Below, piece after piece: positions 43,201 to 57,800 of a stretch of DNA of 64,000 nt. Made by a program: the position numbers and the translations under genes. Each line of letters begins with the position of its first letter. Positions within the stretch are counted from its first letter, which is position 1. A model generated the notes under the pieces. The model saw only the letters and a list, made by a program, of their open reading frames with translations. It was not told the origin of the DNA and made no database searches. Where the stretch lies: positions 14,996,861-15,060,860 of the forward strand of contig OZ316892.1 in the NCBI GenBank assembly GCA_973895155.1, written 5' to 3'. The DNA is from Marsupella aquatica (Eukaryota; Plantae; Marchantiophyta).

Positions 43201-44742
43201 GTATGGGCGATGCGAGGCGGGCCAGGGAGTATTACCGTATCGGGCCGAGCATATACAAAGGAAAAACAAGGAAAAAGGAAATTTAACAGCACCCTAAAGG
43301 GTGTGCAAAGGCCCCTTAAAACTAAATACACCCTGTATGGGGCCGCGTACGTGGACGGGACCGAAGGGGGTATGGCAGGGCCTGTACCCGGGCGGCTGCA
43401 TACGCAGCCGCGTATTCGCAAAAGGGCCGGAGGGAGGAATGGGGCGGGACCGGCAGCATGCCCGGAAGGAGTCGGGGCCGTGAGGGCGCGAGCCGGCGTC
43501 TCGCGAAGGCAGGGACGTCGGACGAGAGGGGAGGTGAAGGCCGGGGCGTGCGCCGGCCGGCGCTGCGGACCCCGCCTGAAAATTGGGGTGCGGGGGGAAG
43601 AGGGGGGACGCGAAGTGAATACACGGGGGCGGGAGGTGGTGTGTGGGTACACACACAAGGGCCCAATAAAACCCCCCTTAAAGCGAAAAAGCTCCCCTAG
43701 AAAAAAAAGAATGTAAAACTCACTTGAAAAGCCGCTGTTTCCAACGAGAAATGTGAACGCCGCCGACGGAAAAAGTTGCCAAATTGTACTGGCACAGTCT
43801 GCAGCTCTAGCAGAGTAAAAAATTTCCGCCGCGTCGCCTTCACTCCGCATCAAGTGCCAATCCCGGGCTCAAAACGACCGCCTCGCCGCGATCAAACCGT
43901 TGAGCCGTAGCACTTCACGTTTCTTCCACCGAGTCGGACGTCATGAAGAGAAATCCGGTTCAGATGTGAACAAGCTCCATAGCTTGTGAAAAAACCTGAA
44001 TGCCTCCGTCACTCATCACGTCTCACTCGGTAACAACTCGACAGCAATCCAGCTACCGAAACGACCAGATCGCTTCAACCTTCAACTTGAGCTATAATGT
44101 GCGATCCCTCTCGCACAGCATAACTCATACCGTTGAAAAATGCGAACTCTGGTCTCTCCCCCAAAAAGCCGTCAAACACGAATAAACCCTAAACGATGCA
44201 AACTTCAATTCCTCCGCACCACGGATACCGATCAGCGAATTCTAACCACCGTTAGAAAGCCCTCTCACTAACCTACCCGCTCAGCCACACACATTCGAGT
44301 TTCATGCGACGAAACTCCGAATGTACCATCAACAATGAACGCTGGAAAAACCGTCATGAAAAAACCTCGTCACCTCCCAGGCATGCTCTGATACCACTTG
44401 TTGAGCATAGACAACATTCGTAACAATAAGCCCATGAACCATCCAACGCACAATAGTCGACACAGAGAGATACGTGGTTCACCTCCACATGAGGCTACGT
44501 CCACGGGAACACACAAGAGCTTTACTGCACTCTAGGCCGACCGGCCATCCCAAGCATCCAGAGCACAAGCTCTTCTTATCTCTCAACTAGCTCCGTAATA
44601 ATGAGCCTAAGTTCCACCAGGGTCTGGCATCAACCCTGGCTATATACACAACAGCACTACCGCTAACATTAGCTAAGTCCTAACCCGAGTTAGACTAACT
44701 GTGGTTAGCTCATGAGTCACAAGACTAGAGCAATATCTAACA
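40243..44742 (-). mobile_element. 3'-truncated Ty1/Copia retrotransposon (LTR, PBS, gag, PR, INT; RT/RH/3' LTR absent)
   Basis: LTR 44399-44742 (TG...CA). Gag from 42678 (VEKYDGRTDYLLW), knuckle CWNCGKPGHMKRDY, protease WILDSACTFH, LWHFRLGHMSEKG, integrase YVHSDVWGP, FWAEAVNT and KKCIFLGY. The PR-INT order marks it as Copia. Many stops; homology ends at 40243. Confidence 0.92.
44385..44396 (-). other. Primer binding site for initiator tRNA-Met
   Basis: TGGTATCAGAGC on the minus strand, 2 nt from the LTR end at 44399. Confidence 0.9.
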
Positions 44743-45759
44743 GTTGTTGCCCATGTACCGGGCTATGCTCTGCATGGTTGAGGATGTTGGTTTGAGGTAC
44801 TCTATACAAATTCCACTTTGTGACCCTCCTACAAAGTTTACTGAAAAGGTTTGCTAGGCTTCAGTTCCTTTGTTATAGTGGGGACTTTTGGGCTTTTTGG
44901 CTCCTTCCCCATAGTGGGGACTCGTGGGCCCTTTGGTATTCCGGGGATCTTACAATGCTTTCTATCCTTTATAGGATTTCATGCCTTTGGGGCAATGTCT
45001 CCCCTTTTTGACTGTTTATTTTTTGTTATTTGGCATTATGATATGGATGTGACTTTTGACCTGAGGTCTAGTGAGATTTGGGAGTCTTGTTTGCTACATC
45101 AAGGAAGGAGTGAGGTGAGGAGGACACAGGTGGGACACAGGACGAAGGAAGAAGGGAGGCTAGGAGGACACAAGGTTCCTCGTAAGGTGGGGTGGACAAG
45201 AGGATTTATTTATTTATAATAAGGGGCAAGGGTACAAGTAGTACGTATCAGTGTACAGTAGCTTCGTTAGCATCCTCACTCTTCACTCCACGATTGGACT
45301 TCTTTGGCGAGGACGGCCCCCTTCCCTCCCCCCGCCCTTTTCAAAAGAGAATGTTCTGTTTCCAGCTTTGCTAGTCTCCGGTACTCTTGATTGCATTTGG
45401 TCGTGTTGGCATTCACCATCGAGCCTGGGCCTTCTACTTCTAACGCCTCGAGTCGATGCCGGGTGCTCACTGTGGAGGATGGATGGGGCGCAGCAGCAGA
45501 GGGAGAAGCGAGCGCACATGGGAATGACGGAAGGAAAAGCTTTCGAGTCCGAGGAGAGGATGGGATTCTAGTTCTAGTTCTAGGTATAATAATATTTGCG
45601 AACGTCGACGGACAGGGCAGTTTTTGTGTGGATCGGTGCACGATGCTATGCGTTTGATGGGATCCTGGGGTCGAGGCAGCGGTGGAACTGAAGACGGAGG
45701 GGTCGAGCTTGGTGCCTGGAAGGAGGGACCATTGCTCTGGAGAGACGTGACCGGCAGCC

Positions 45760-48700
45760 ATGAGCCCTGTAGATGGCGGTTCCACTCGGTCGAAGGGTCG
45801 GAAACAGCGGCAAAATGGTGCCACCAACGCCATCGACGAAATTCTGAGGTCTTACGAACTCTTTACACTCATGTCGTCTTCCTCCTGTTCTGCAGTGTCC
45901 TTTGTCATTCGAAGATTTGGTTGTGACACTGCTATAATGGGGAGAAGTTTATACATCGGAGAGCAATTTGCCATCACAGATGGAAGATCCCTCCCTGCAG
46001 CTTGTGTTGTAGTCGAAGGACACGAACCGTTGGATAGTTGTCGAAAGATGGCCGAACAAATGCAGTGGACTCACTCTTGAATGTCAAGTATTAACATGAA
46101 ATATTTTCTCTGAATATCCAAGTTTTGGAAACAGCTCATTTAATGGTCATTTTGTGCCAATGCCAATTTCATGAACTGGCCACAGTGAGTCTTGTGTTGA
46201 TTGATATGATGGAAGTGTCAAGGGCTTTATGTTAGTTGGTTTTGTAAATTCTGTTTTTTTCAGTCAATGGTTGGAATACTCTGTCAGGACCCATTCGTTG
46301 GTATAGGGTTCGATATACAATATTCAAGATAGATTTGTAGGTATGCTTTCCTGAGATGAAACGTACCGGATTTTGGGGCAGGCGCATACATTCAACTCGT
46401 CACATTACTCCTCAAGATATTGTCCAGCTGTATCATTTGGACAAGCCCCATTGCACCGGCTGCCGAGGGAATACTAAAGACTCTCCGAATTGTTTTTGTG
46501 GACTGGTGCCTCCACCTACTGGTGTTCGCAAGCAAGGTCTTTGGCGAAAAGCAGCTGACATTCTTGAAGAATTGGGGCCAGATCCTTCTGAGTGTCTTCG
46601 CATTTCTCAAAACTCTCCAGCTGGACTGACGAACCTAGGTGCAACATGTTACGTCAACAGTGTTCTTCAATGTCTTTTTATGAATATAGCGTTTCGTGAA
46701 GGGTTATTTGCCGCAGAGGCAGACCTTGTGAAGCATCAGCCTGTTCTTCATCAGCTTAGTCGACTTTTTGCCGAATTACATTCCGGAAAGAAAAGCGCTG
46801 TTGACTCTGCTCCGTTCGCGAGTACTTTGGAGTTAGACAACGCAGTTCAGCAGGATGGCCAAGAATTTCTGAAGCTATTACTTACATTACTGGAGCGCGT
46901 GCTGGGGTTATCCCAAAATTCCAGGGCTCGAAATTTGGTTCAAAATGTATTTCGTGGAACATTTTCTTATGTGACAAAGTGAGTACCCTTTATTTAGGTT
47001 TTCCTAACATGTTATGGAAGAGATTAGGAGCTCCGAACTTTCCACCTCCTTCCCACTAGCGTACGGAAATCTTCCCTTCTGCAGTCGCCTTTCTCCATGC
47101 AACTCCATTCCGTTTTCCGTTTTCTGTGATATATCCTTCACATTGTGAAACATAGGGTCCGAGTAGAGAAGGAATCCTCGGCAGTATCAGCCACTGGATG
47201 CCCTAAATTGTGATGCCATTTTGTCTAGCTGTTTGAGTTGTGTGTTATGCCTACAAATTTCCGACCTTAAATATGAAATATTGTGCCTAAAATCCTTCTT
47301 CCTGATTGATCGTATGGTGATTTTTCTTGGAAGATGCTGCAAGTGTGGACAGGAATCAGATGCCTCCAAAGATGCAGTCGACTTTTATGAACTGGAGTTA
47401 AATGTGAAAGGTTTCGCAGGCCTTTATGAAAGCCTTCAAAACTATCTCAGTGAGGAGAATTTGCGAGGGGAGAATCAATATAGTTGTGAATCATGCAAGA
47501 TGCGAGTGGATGCAACACATAGTATGAAGTTGCGTTCTCTTCCACCAGTTTTAAATTTCCAACTCAAACGATTTGTCTTTAATGCCAAGGTAGAGAAATT
47601 TTTGGATCACCTTTTGAGTTGATTGTGGATTTTTGACTTTCTACACACTCCTCTTTTTCGCTTTTTGTGGTCAGCCGGCATTAATATTTGTTGTTTATCC
47701 ATTTATTGCTCTAGTTTGCAAATCCTAACTGCCGAGTCTTCTTTTCACAGACAGCAACAAAGAAGAAGGTTACATCCAAATTCAGCTTTCCTCGAAGTTT
47801 AGACATGGGTGCTCTGCTCAGTGCTTCTCCCTCGACTGAAGATGCTTCTTTTCCTTACGATCTTTCTGCTATCTTAGTGCACAAAGGTACTATGGTTAAT
47901 AGTGGGCACTATGTGGCTCATATTAAGGACGAGCGGACTGGAGAGTGGTGGCGGTTTGATGATGAACAAGTCAGCAGCCTTGGATCTCACCCTCTTGGCG
48001 AGGTTAGTGGAGCTACCCCAAACAAAGATTTGCGTTCAGGGAATCAAGTCACTGCAACCAGCCAGTCAGACATGAGTATGAACGACAATGGAGAGGAACA
48101 AATTACAGAAGGTTTGGGAGGAGATCGTTGTCGTACTCCAGCAGCTTCTCCGCGACCGTCAAGTAGAAAATGTTCGGATATGCTAACCTCGGCTGATGCT
48201 TATATGCTTATGTACAGTCGTAGAGGGCACTCTTCCTGTACATTGCGGGGAAACTCTTGTGAAGATGCGCAAAACGTAGAAGCAGATACTGCCGTTTTCA
48301 GGGAGTTTTCATTACCAGAACAATATCGATCTGAGGTAGAAGAAATGAATCAAAGTTTTGAAAGCAAATGCCGGAGATATAATCAGCGAAAGGAACAATT
48401 GCAAGTCAAGATCGCAGAGCGGAGAGCCGAGGTCAGGAGAGTACTCGCTGATGCTCCTGTCAGAAAGTTGGAAGATCCATCCTTTTGGATCTCCAGCGAC
48501 TGGCTACGTTCGTGGGCAGATTCTGTGGAGCCTCCGTAAGTCCAGCAACTCTGAGCTTGTTAAAGTGATTTAAAACGTAATCCCTTTTGATTTAGTTTTG
48601 CACTTGTGTCTGGAATGTGATGGACATGAGTGTTTGCAGCATTTGATAGAACTGGAATTTGCTTTGCGAAGGATTGGTTCAGCATATCGGTGCTCCTTTG

Positions 48701-51700
48701 TTATCACCATGTCTGATGGTCGCTGTGTTTCTTTTATAGTACTTAAGTGGCTCCTCGTACATATCTGCTGTAGCTTGCCCGTTCCCTTCTATCCATTCTG
48801 AACTGCCCCCATCCTGCATGATGAAGATGAGATATGGCCCATTTTTTTTCGGTGGGAGTCGTTTTCATAGAGTAGCAAAATATGAGTGGGACAGAGACAG
48901 CCTGACTTGACTAATTTTCTAGTCAATCAATCGCAGCCTTGCCATCACAAATGCTTCACTGCTTTGTCATCACCAAAAGGTGCCTCCCAGTAATGTTCAC
49001 CTGTTCAAGGGTATCTCTCAACGGGCCTGGGACTATCTACTTCTTAAGGTTAGTTATCTTACGAACTTTCCCTTCTGAAGTGTGCAATGGTAGATATTGT
49101 GACGGTGCAGGCAGTAGTTACGGTTCAAACATATATATGTGCTCATTTGGGAATGGCCTATGCTTTCCAAAAGTTTGAATATATGTCGTGAACTCTTATT
49201 GAATTTGTAGAACTTATCATGTTTGAACCAACTCAAAAGACCGAATTCTTCTCTCAAACAAGCCAAAGTAGCAACGCCACAAGAGTTGAAAGATTAGTGA
49301 CATTCTGCTGTTGAAGTTTAGTGAAAGCATAAGTAGCACTAACGGCTTTTTTGAGACCTTTCATTCTTTACTGTTTCTGCCAAATAGATTTCACTGACTG
49401 ACCGTTCCCATTGTGTACTTATTTCATCGCTGGATTGGTGCAGTATAAAGGGGGCCTTGTCTTATCTGAAAAGGACCACTGTGTTGAGTGTATATTGGCG
49501 GAAGCCAAGGTTGCAGCGTCTGCTGATATATATCGAGATCAAAGAGCTGACATGCAGGAAATTGTAGATGGTGTGTTAACCGGTCGCAGGGAACTTGAAG
49601 GGACCCTTTATTTCGTCTCTAAGACATGGCAAGTATTCCTTTTGAGCCCGACATGAAAAGTGTACTCATGGTCTTTAAATAATGTGTGTGCCCTCTAGGA
49701 AATGCAAAGCGCAATTGCTGATTTTTCGATTCCTCACAGCTCGGAAAATTTATTCGGTGGAGTGGTTGAACTTCAGCTTTTCAACTTTAACTTGGTAAAA
49801 CGTTTCTACACTATGTAACTCCTAGAACTAGGCAATCTTTGCTTTTTTTTGCAGGAGATGTCCGCTCTAAAGTGCCTGTGCTAACCTGTCCATTATTCTC
49901 TCTCGATGGAAAATTACAGGTTAATGCAGTGGGCCCGCCGCAAGGCTACTGGTGCACCATCGGAGGCGGATGCCAGTCCCACAGCTGCCTTGCGATGTCT
50001 GCATGGTGGGTTACTGCCAGAACAAGCCCCTGGAGCCAAGCGCCAGCTTATACCTGAAAGGGCTTGGGAATATTTCTATCAAAATGCGGTCCAAGTGGAA
50101 GGGGCTGATCCGAAGGGACATATACCTTTTCGAGAGGATTCTGAACCTTGTATAATCTGTCAGTCAGAGTTTGAAAAAGTCGCATCGAAACGTGAAGGTC
50201 TAAGGTGCGTCCTTCTCTTTCCTTGCACCTATTTAGTTTGGTAAGTAACATTTCAACACTTGCCTCCCCTTCCTTTCATCGCTTCCACCCTCGTCATATT
50301 TTGGACTTGCAAACAGTGCACAGAAGCAAATGGGAGTTAACAATGGGCCCTACTCTCTTGACGCCATCAGATAAGACTTCGAAAGGAAAAGCTCAGTGCA
50401 GGAGAGCAATGTCGAAAATTATGCTCGTCTATTTACACTGGGTGTTATTCCTCAGTTGGTCCCTCATGACGCTTTCGCATCTGTCAATCACTTAGACAGC
50501 AATTCAGCTGAGAAGAAACTTTGTAAATGTTATCCTTGCCGTCTACTTTTTCTCTGACAGAGTTGTTACTAAACGCGGGGATAAAGCTTTTTAACAGCAA
50601 GTCCATCTATAAAGTGTACTTTCTCTAGTTATTCTTGCCACCTGGACAATGCCAGTTTTTTAAAGGGGTATTGCTTAATTCTTCTATAGCTCCTGAATCT
50701 TAGGTCCCCTCGTATCTCTACCGTGCTGGGGCAGGCGGACCTCCAAACGTGCTGAAACTTTAGATAGTTTGAAGTAAACCTTGAACCCTGTTCCGTACTC
50801 AACAGTTCAGGCACCATAAAACCATCTATGATGCTTTGCTTCCACCTATTGTTGGAGCGTTTCCTTGCAAGTCAAGTTAAGGGCAGCATTTGTAAATATG
50901 TGCCCTTTCTGATGTCATACAGAGAGTCTCAACACTCATTATTTTTCTCTCTCCAGGCCATTGAAGTGGCGTGACTCTAGAGCTTTTTCCGGAACAGTTG
51001 ATGTGACCTCTTTTTGCGTTTCATGGATGGCAGTATATTGTGCCAGGTAGAGCACTCTTTGTTGGGCCTGGATAAAGTAGAGACATGATGGTGACTTCCA
51101 AATTTACTCCATTTTGACTGAAATGGTTTGTAGCCTACTATGAACTCAAATTTTCAATTGGCCACTAGTAAAACTCTTGCCTACAACGGTTTACGGGACG
51201 AGATTTTTTATTCCCCAACAGCTCGGCAAACAGAAGCGATAATTTCTTAACCGAATTTACTTGGCTCGGCAGAGAATCTCCCGTCCGATGTTGATCCTAG
51301 TTGTAGCTTCCTTTGCGGGGTGTGTCGGTTTCTAATGTGTGTCTCCCACAATCTTCGGTTGTCTAAATGACTTCGGTTGAAATGCGTCTTTCAACTTCAG
51401 TACAAGAGGTCCTCTTCCAGACGTTACTAAACTAAAGATCAACATATTCCACTAGCAATCCTTGCAGGCTGTCTTTTCTCCGTTGAGTTTACATACCATG
51501 CAGTCACTCAAAATACATTTCCTTTTTTCTCTGTAATCTTGAGGACGATTGACAGTGTATGTCAATGCCAAGTTTGTCTGTGGTTACTATGTTTCCAAGA
51601 CTGATAATTTCGATTCAAGTGACTTGAGCTCCGGAAGGTGGTCTGAGATTCAAAGCTTCGATGGACTGATCGGAAAGTCTGGATGATCACCTTTACTGTT

Positions 51701-54700
51701 GGCTTTTGCCCTCGTTTCTTTGGCAAGAATTCCAGTAAAGTAGAACAAGGATCTCCCACATTCTCCCCATAAATTATTACCTAGTCGGTGTAAAAGAGCA
51801 CAGTTTAGGTTTAGCTCCTGATATTCCTATGAGGTCTCTGTTTTCGAAGTTATTGGTCCAACGATTCTTTGTTTACAAACTACCCAATTTTAATTTTTCT
51901 TTGGAATACTTTGCATTTCTCAATTTCCATTTCTGCACTGCTAAACATAAAGACTGTCATACAAATTCATGTTCTTTGAAAACACTTGTTCTCGCTTCTT
52001 TCGTGAAAAAAGCTGAAGTTGTTTTCTACGTGGAATGTTCAGGGCCACGAAAATGGAACAACGTATGAAATATGAAGCATTGTATGCTGGAAGAGCTGGG
52101 GTGGTGTCTCCAGGCGGAACATATTACCTTGTTCCAACCCTTTGGCTAAATCGATGGAGATCTTATCTTGGCGCCAGTGGCAAAAACTTGCTTGACGTGG
52201 ATGAGCCAGATGGACTGGAAGGTCTCATCCTTTCTCTGCTTTGCTCGAAGGTGCTGGTCTTGTCACTTGCTAAATTGCCAGTTCAAGTCTTCTAAACTTT
52301 GGCCCCAACTATTACTTACTGTCATCAGAAAGCCGTAGCGAAGCTCGTTTACTTTTAGAAATGAAATGATTCGTCGAGTTGGATTCTGTGAGGTACTCCT
52401 ATTGAGAATGAAATCGGAAGTTTTATGTAGAAGGCATATCCAGATTAGTGTGGGATTCTCATTTGTTGTTCAGTTCGATGATCGATAATATTCTAAACAG
52501 AAATTGAAATTGAAAGAGCACTATGAAACACACTTGTTCAAAATGCAGAAAGTTCACAGTAAGTGCTTGGCATATTGTTATGGGTTAGGCCAATTTCTCT
52601 AGTCACTCCAAGTTCCCACCGGAAAATGGTTTGAGTTTCAAGCAAATATTTCCGAACCCTGGGTTGATTGTTCCTATCTGTAACTACGTATTGGTAATCA
52701 AACATCTTAATATCGTTTTAAAAATCAAAACAAAGATATCTTAATTGGTTTTTGGTCTTTTTTCGACATGTTTTCCCCACATATTTTGCATCTCAAGGTT
52801 GTTCGGTCGGTACTGAAAGCGAATCGTCAGACTCAGGCAATTATCATTAGACAAGTGTGTAAGTTACTGTTGTCTAAATCGATCTATCACTTTCACACAT
52901 TCGAAGTGTTTTCGCGAGTATGAAAAACTGGATTTGGCTGACACCTTTTGCAGCACGAACGCATGCTATTCAAGCCACCCACGCTGGCCAGATCCAGGAG
53001 AGGGGAGCTCATCCAGAGCATTGGCAATGTGAGTTGTAAATAGAAGCTGGGAAGTCCTGAATTTAAGTCTTAAGGCATGTTCGATTTCGATTTTGGATAG
53101 AGCTACAACTTGAATTTTTTTAGCAATATTGTTGAGTTTTTCTTCTTCTCCGTGTTTTTTGAAGTGAGACCTGTCCAGCAAGTTTTCGTTTGTTGGAAAG
53201 CCACGGTCAGATGCGTTTCCTGACTGCATTCTCCGTTGGACAGTACAACTTATTTCATTGTAATGAGCTTCAGGCAAAGCGAAGGTTTTCACTGCTGCGG
53301 TTTATAATTGAATGTTGGTCCTGCAGGAGGATGTCTTCACTATCATTTCCAAAGATGATTGGGTCAGCCTTTGCCTCCAATGGGATGTGGATCCTCAAAA
53401 GGGAATAAAGGCACATTTGGACTGCCCATCTGATTTGAACCTTAATCAGAGCATCCTCACAGAAAATGTTGATAGGAAAGTGTTTTGTGATAGTCCATCC
53501 AATGCGAGGCATGGCAGCCTTCGGGACATGGCGGTGGGCAATTTAGATGAGATGGATCAGAGACAAGAAGACGTTCCTACTTTGCAAACTGAACCAGAAG
53601 TAAGTTGAAGGTTAAGATCACATGCATTTGACAGCAAGCATCGGTGAATCTCTTTACCGCTGCTCCTCAATCATGTTTGGTAAACTTCCAGAGGAGCTTG
53701 CACAACACAACTGATTTTTACTAATTTGTCTTATTGGAAACAGATATGTCACGAGTGTATAGAGGAACGAGAAGAACATGAGTTGCTCAGCAAACTGCAC
53801 TACACGAGTGGGGAGATATCAGTGGATCTTGTGGTTGGGAAAGGGCCTCCTCCATCACTCTTGGCTGCTAGTCGAGTGCTGGAAAGCGATCGCCGTACCT
53901 CCAAGCGTGCAAGACGTGCCTCTTCTAATTCAGGGGGACGAGTCCTGTTGAAAGTGTCAGGAGAGACTACCGTATTTCAGTTGAAGTTGCAAATCTGGGA
54001 GTCCCTCATGGTATGGCTGAAGCTCGTGTCTCTTCACTGAGGTTTTGCAAGAAAATTCTGTAAAGTATTTGCTGAAGAAATTGATCGGTGTATGCGTACA
54101 AGTTTAATATCTATGATGCTGTAAATCTTGCGACACTAATCTGCAATTTAAAATTTGGTATGCGCCTGTAGATTGTAAGGGAGAATCAGAAAGTTCACTT
54201 TGGTAAAACGGAGTTGCTGGATGAGTCTGCAACATTGGCTAGTCTCAACATTCTCCCAGGATCACAGTTATGGGTTATGGATAGTGGCCAGCACGAGAAT
54301 CGGGATATTGCAGGTATGATAATTTGTTTTCAGTTATCTGTATTGTGAATTCCGTGGTTGAACATTGTTTCGTTTCCCAGGATATCTCATTGTAATGGAA
54401 GCAAATGGACGTTCCTGCTTTCTGTGTGATGTGCATGTCCTACCTACTGGGAGCGGAGGTTTACCAGTCAATATGACGTTTTGGATACCCAATTCGTCCA
54501 AGATACGACCGATTCAATGGAAAATTGGACTGATGTTCTCAATTATGGAAAATTTTGCAGATGAGTTGCCTGCTGATTTGGGTCGTGCAGAAACTGAAGA
54601 AGGTTTCAGGGGGACCCGCTTGATGATGGGATTACCCAATATTTCCGATCCACTGTCAGGTATGGAACAGGTGGCGGCTGCTCTTCATCGGAGTGAGATT

Positions 54701-54892
54701 AGTGAGCAAAAGGATATCAATACACCTCCAAAGTTGTGGGTGCCCATGAGCTTTGGTTTCCCAAGAGGGGGCTTCACAAATCAAGTCCACAATGGAGACT
54801 TGGTGATGGAAGACCAAAATGGACGTCAAGACATGGTTGACCATAACTCAGTGGACGAGGCAAGGGACAGTAAAGGTGATCCCTGTCTATAA
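45760..54892 (+). CDS. UBP26: Ubiquitin carboxyl-terminal hydrolase 26 (USP48-like: USP, DUSP and C-terminal UBL domains), 13 exons
   Basis: Exons 45760-45848, 46382-46978 (NCFCGLVPP, Cys box [23 protein letters not shown]), 47334-47589, 47751-48535 (His box [30 protein letters not shown]), 48937-49048, 49444-49628, 49920-50204, 52043-52250, 52954-53028, 53327-53599, 53744-54010, 54172-54313, 54561-54892 (EEGFRGT). Confidence 0.93.
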
Positions 54893-57800
54893 CAGTTGTT
54901 GTTCTTGCATAAATTAGTGCTAGTACATAACCATGTCCTTGTGGCACAGATCTTAATGCTGGATCCACGGAATATGTAGGTGAGGAATTTGTTCTCGCGT
55001 AACGCAACTAAGTGTTACTGGACAGGAATGAGAGGAACGTGGTTGCGTTAGAGTAACATCCGAAAGGCTTAACAGTGATTCATTCAATTAGTTCTCATGT
55101 AGGCGATGGCGAAAGTAAAAGAAAAAACGTGTCCAAAGATAGAGCGCAGTAGAATTGGACTCAAAAGTCTGAAGCCTTGATCAGTGGGTTCCACTCCCCT
55201 AGCTCCTTAGCTTGTAGATTGGAATTGGACAACGTTACATTGTCGAATGACTTAATAAACTGTATTCTAGGTATCAATTCTGATCAGATTTTGTCGGACC
55301 TAGTTCCAGCGTCGGAAGGTTTCAATACGGATTATCTAATTTATTGAATGGTTTGGTATAATTCCAGTTCTTGTTGCACTTGAACGGTCCAGTTCCACAT
55401 GAACTCAGTAAGTATTGACGGGGAGCTCTAGGCTTCTGGGGAAGCTTTCCAAGCCAGATGTCTCTGACCTGTATCCATTTGGAGTTTCAAAGTTGCAAGG
55501 GACATCTGATACTGGAACGGCCTCGAAGACACTGCTAGAGTCTCAAGGTCTGACTCAGCACTCCTAACAGGGCTAAGCTGATATTTTTTCGGAGTGCAAC
55601 TGAAAAGTAATTGTGTGGGGGGGGGGGCAGGTTGTGGGGTGGTGCCAGAGGGCACGTCGCGTCCCCTTGAGATGGACTAAGAGAGACAAATAGGTTGATG
55701 TTACTCGATGGCCTAACTTCAGATCTCCAGTCTTACTAGGTTAAGACCCTATTGGGATCGCCAAGTTGGGTCTATAGTGTTCAGCGAGTCTAGAGGTTTA
55801 CAACGTAGGTAGGGTCACAGGTGCAATGACTTTAACTACTTTTCCCTGAAAGTAAAATGTAAAGATCACTAGTCACGGCTCTGGTTACTCTCACAGCTTC
55901 TGCATGTAACTTAAATGCAAAAATGACTCGCATCTTTTTCATTATCGTGAGATGGCTATTTATCTCTCTGACCGTAGTAGGTGGCTTTAGTGCCGTATTT
56001 TGCCTTCAATGATTCTCGTATGCTTAGGAATTGATAGGATATCCAGCCTGTACTTCTCAACTCTAAATCATTCAGTGAGATTGACCAATCCTTAGATTGG
56101 TCTTGATTGTGGAACAGCGTGTTCGTTGTAGCTTTCTAGTTTCCTGCTTGGTATTCTACTCTTCCCATTTTAAAGTTCCTCATATCAGTACTACATTTGT
56201 TGTCCCTTACAGATGCCAGAAGAATAACCTCGTCTATCAGTAGCAGTAGGATAGTTCTGCTCATGGCTAGTTCTGCTCATGGCTCGCCTAGTTTTCTGCG
56301 ACAAGTCATTGCGTAATGCCTACTTTAGAACCTACAGCCTTGAGACGTCCTCCCCTTCTGGTTCTTTCACTTGCGGTTCCATTGTAGAAACATTTCTCAG
56401 GACTTTCATTCGATATGGCCGTGCGGTCTAATGATGAGCTTTCGCCGTTAGTAACCAATGTTTCATGACTTTTGTAAGTCTTAGATAGCTAGATAGCCGG
56501 TCTATTGCTCATAAAATGTTTCGGATTCGGTGTTGTGCTGCAGGAAAATTTTCTGTAGTAAACTCCAAGGGAAGTGAAGGTGGGTGTGAAGATTTGGGCT
56601 GTTCCAATGGAGTGGCCGCTCCATGAGTCCCTGTGAAATGTTGTGGGCAGTTTCCATTAGACCAAATTGTGATGTTGCAGCCCACATTTCTGAATGTGCA
56701 GCCTAGAAAAGGGATTTGGAAATCCATTGCTCGCATTTCCGTTAGATTTTAAATATTTCCGTTGAAAAGGAAGTCGAGAGGCCTGAAGGTGGTTTTGCTA
56801 CGAGTTTTACAGAGCCCTCAAAACCAAAAGCCTTCGCGAGTTTCCAGCAAGCATATGGCATTGAGATCGGCTGAGTCTCAAAATCTCATTGTTTTTGCTT
56901 GGAAGCACCAAAAGATTTAGAGTCTATAAATTTGGATATTTTGATCCTATCAGATCTAATGGCGATGACGATCGTCTTGTAACATGTTGGAATCGGTTGA
57001 ATAATTTTCAATGACAATCTCAGATATCGAAATGTTTTCAGAGCATACGGTGCCCGGAGAACGGAACATGAACGGGGCCTCAGTCTTCGCAGTACAGCCT
57101 TCCTGAGTTGAAGCATTGTGAGAAATGGAAACAACGTAAAGAATTCTAGGTCAGCAATTGTTGTTTCTTTGCAGCCCCCGTGATTGAAACCTGAAATATT
57201 CCTCGTGTAACTCCGAATGTCATCATCACATGTCCTAATCTTCCCCGTCCACCGTCGTTTGTAATGCTTCCTATCTTCGTATGATTCGTGCTGGCCAAAC
57301 TTCCCAGCAGTTGTGGAAAGGGCCAGCTTTGTAACTTTCCTTTCAGAACCTCCCATTAGTGGTTACAGTTGTGACCGGATTAGGCTGTCACCATTGCACC
57401 ACAAATTCCGATTCCAACCCCAACTCTGTAGGGAAGGACTGCCTTGTGCTTTAACAGTATTTTTGCACGGCCCCAGGTTCTGGAGAGTTGTCTAACGTAA
57501 GCTCACAGGTGCTTCTAACCCTTACAGCACAAAAGTAACATTATCTGCGTGGAGTTGTTCAATTCTCGAAGTTCAGCTTCATTCTAAAATTGCTCATTCA
57601 ATTGTTGATGCAGTTGCACATTTGAGTCTTGTTCGTTCCTGTCCTGAGTAAAGCCATGACTTCGTTACTAGATTCTCAAAGTACAGCTTCATTTTGAAAA
57701 GTTCAGTCAATTATTATTAACAATGAACATATGAGTCTGCCATTAGAGCGATAATCTGAGGGCGCAAATGTTGTTTGTGAGGAAGGTTCAGGTGGTTCTT

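Noticed and set aside
42816-43853. 345-aa and overlapping Pro/Arg/Gly-rich ORFs
   Set aside because: Stop-poor GC-rich Copia leader giving ORFs in several frames, with no motifs.
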